DNA from: an uncultured delta proteobacterium | Lineage (GTDB): Bacteria; Myxococcota; Kuafuiibacteriia; Kuafuiibacteriales; Kuafuiibacteriaceae | Direction: 5' to 3' | Length of the DNA: 64,000 bases | Assembly: GCA_963803435.1 (NCBI GenBank) | Contig: CAWDML010000009.1 | Location: 1,536,001-1,600,000, forward strand | Shown: positions 63,401 to 64,000 of the stretch, piece after piece | Numbering within the stretch: position 1 is the first letter of the stretch | How the letters are laid out: every line of letters begins with the position of its first letter | Made by a program: the position numbers and the translations under genes | The notes under the pieces: generated by a model | What the model was told of the DNA's origin: nothing | Databases searched by the model: none | The model's input: the letters and a program-made list of their open reading frames with translations, nothing else

Positions 63401-63606
63401 TCCGGCACCACCCCGCGATGCCTGAACCGCACCACCTCCGCCCGCTCCGGCCACGCCGCCCCCACCGCGATCGGCTGCCACCGCGCGCCCCCGACCGAGA
63501 ACTCCATGGCGAGCGGCACCTGCGCGCGATCCACGAACGCGGACAGCTCCGACCAGCGCTCCTGCAAGCGCCCGAGCGTCATCTCCAGGCTGACGGCGTG
63601 CTCCAC
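60436..63606 (-). CDS. Alpha-mannosidase, GH38
   Basis: GHAHIDLAWLW, GGMWVEAD, WFPDTFGY, GHGDGGGG, YLEYHRGTYT, NQFHDVLPGSSI, LNDGKYG. Confidence 0.95.
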   Translation of the reverse strand: MEHAVSLEMTLGRLQERWSELSAFVDRAQVPLAMEFSVGGARWQPIAVGAAWPERAEVVRFRHRGVVPDALGDGPVNVALDVGGEALLMVDGRAHAGLNPYHREVRLFEAGARGRALVLDVEAVPHLLFGSPVERPVLREASLIAPDEDVRGLAFDLETTIGAVRALHRFSRSDLAVRLAEAASEALAMVPLPRERTEPYLARLAYGARRSAVADQGDSPASTLERGLWERWRFGGPMAELGEEARMRVRAAREQLARRIDEIRADYPAEGSLLLSGHAHIDLAWLWPYAETRRKARRTFATVLELMDRDPELYFNQSSAQLYAWIEEDDPDLFERIRRRVDEGRWEIVGGMWVEADGNMPGGEAWVRQLLYGQRWFSEKLGRRAVVSWFPDTFGYPANLPQLLLQGGLQYFFTTKLGWNETTRFPFELYRWQGIDGSEVLSMMLKTEAGYNGVIEPVRTLEAWRSFRGKRHFGRSIFTFGHGDGGGGPAPEMLEQAKRMRRFPGLPELVHGRIDAHFAKMESLALPVWAGEQYLEYHRGTYTTQAALKQLDRRLTCTLAEAEAAAALSFVLLGRAYPADALKSGWITLLRNQFHDVLPGSSIHSAAQEAREQLTGALTAAQHLRCEHLEALARRARVASKRALVVFNLTLEDRPLRGTLRRPTKGDFALIGPDETEVPWQPDGDGIYVASELAVPGLGYLALAVEPRAGRTTASRELTVASDLLENERFRIRIADDGTIASVFDKRAGREVLADRANQIWSHPDVPRNYDAWDIDATYQEEGREILASAPPSVVASGPALGVVEVVRRAGASTLRQQYRLAAGGERLEIHTEIEWTGRRTLLRAIFPLAIRSHEAWFETAFGAVARPTHRNLPHDAARFEVPAHRFADLSEAGYGAALLNDGKYGHSALGGTLGITLLRSPIYPDPFADEGGHEFTYALHPHAGDWRQGTVREAHDLNAPLLAVSVEPDGAWPSSRRFLTMSSGSLRLSALKKHEDSDALILRLYESHGGRGVVELGGELAIDRWSRTDLLEEQRASAGEVSYTPFSVLTLLGER

Positions 63607-63685
63607 GGCCCGAGTAGACCCAATCGGCGGGTTTTGTGCTTTCCTCGGACCGACCGAGTTGCTAGCGTGCCCCGCTCACGCGCAC

Positions 63686-63759
63686 GCACCCATAGCTCAA
63701 TTGGATAGAGTATCGGACTTCGAATCCGAGGGTTGCAGGTTCAAGTCCTGCTGGGTGCG
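63686..63759 (+). tRNA. tRNA-Arg (anticodon TCG)
   Basis: Acceptor stem GCACCCA/TGGGTGC, D arm GCTC-AATTGGATA-GAGT, anticodon arm TCGGA-CT TCG AA-TCCGA, T arm GCAGG-TTCAAGT-CCTGC; CCA not encoded. Confidence 0.95.
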
Positions 63760-63812
63760 CTCCCTTCGACGCCTGTGGACGCTCGAGCCCATCGGCCCTA
63801 TGACGGCGGTCG

Positions 63813-64000
63813 ATGGAGCTGTTTCTGCGCCTCCTCGCCTCGCGGGGGCTCGACCTCGATCGCGGGCGGGAGCGCGCCGTGCGGTGGGCGGAGGCGACGC
63901 ACGCCATCGGCGATCTCGAGGTGGACCTGTTCGCGCGGGCCTGGAAGCTGGCGGGTGCGCTCGAGGCGGGGCGGCCGTCGCTCCATCACCTCGCCGAGCA
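63813..64000 (+). CDS. Hypothetical protein, 5' part (runs off window)
   Basis: Open frame MELFLRLLASRGLDL... with G/C third positions; the minus-strand ORF in the track looks like its shadow. Confidence 0.4.
   Translation, partial: MELFLRLLASRGLDLDRGRERAVRWAEATHAIGDLEVDLFARAWKLAGALEAGRPSLHHLAE

Noticed and set aside
63798-63989. 63-aa minus-strand ORF
   Set aside because: Looks like the antisense shadow of a plus-strand frame starting at 63813.

Overview
High-GC bacterial chromosome segment, most likely Myxococcota (MYXO-CTERM-like sorting tail, PilZ protein, eukaryotic-like Ser/Thr kinases, paired DUF4139 genes). About 48 CDS and one tRNA-Arg(UCG). Core or housekeeping genes: aminopeptidase P, tkt, ndh, topB, a RamB/ScfR-type regulator divergent from aceB-aceA, an AddAB-like helicase-nuclease, udk, ybaK and a GH38 mannosidase. 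Accessory blocks: a sulfatase/phosphodiesterase cluster, an ACP-SDR-acyl ligase-condensation-like cluster, and a type III PKS with a flavoprotein. Many genes carry single-base frameshifts, most likely unpolished long-read errors. The most unusual feature is a pair of inverted copies (53886-55302 and 57566-58560) of a non-autonomous element. Each copy has long terminal inverted repeats built from GGTCCC hexamers, CTAG-type flanks that coincide with or abut host stop codons, a four-helix-bundle (IVP/bAvd-like) gene and a differently deleted IS1182-family transposase. The two copies bracket two exported phosphoesterase genes. A second small structured insertion with a 23-bp flanking duplication lies at 17176-17282. 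All calls come from reading motifs by eye; no database searches were run.
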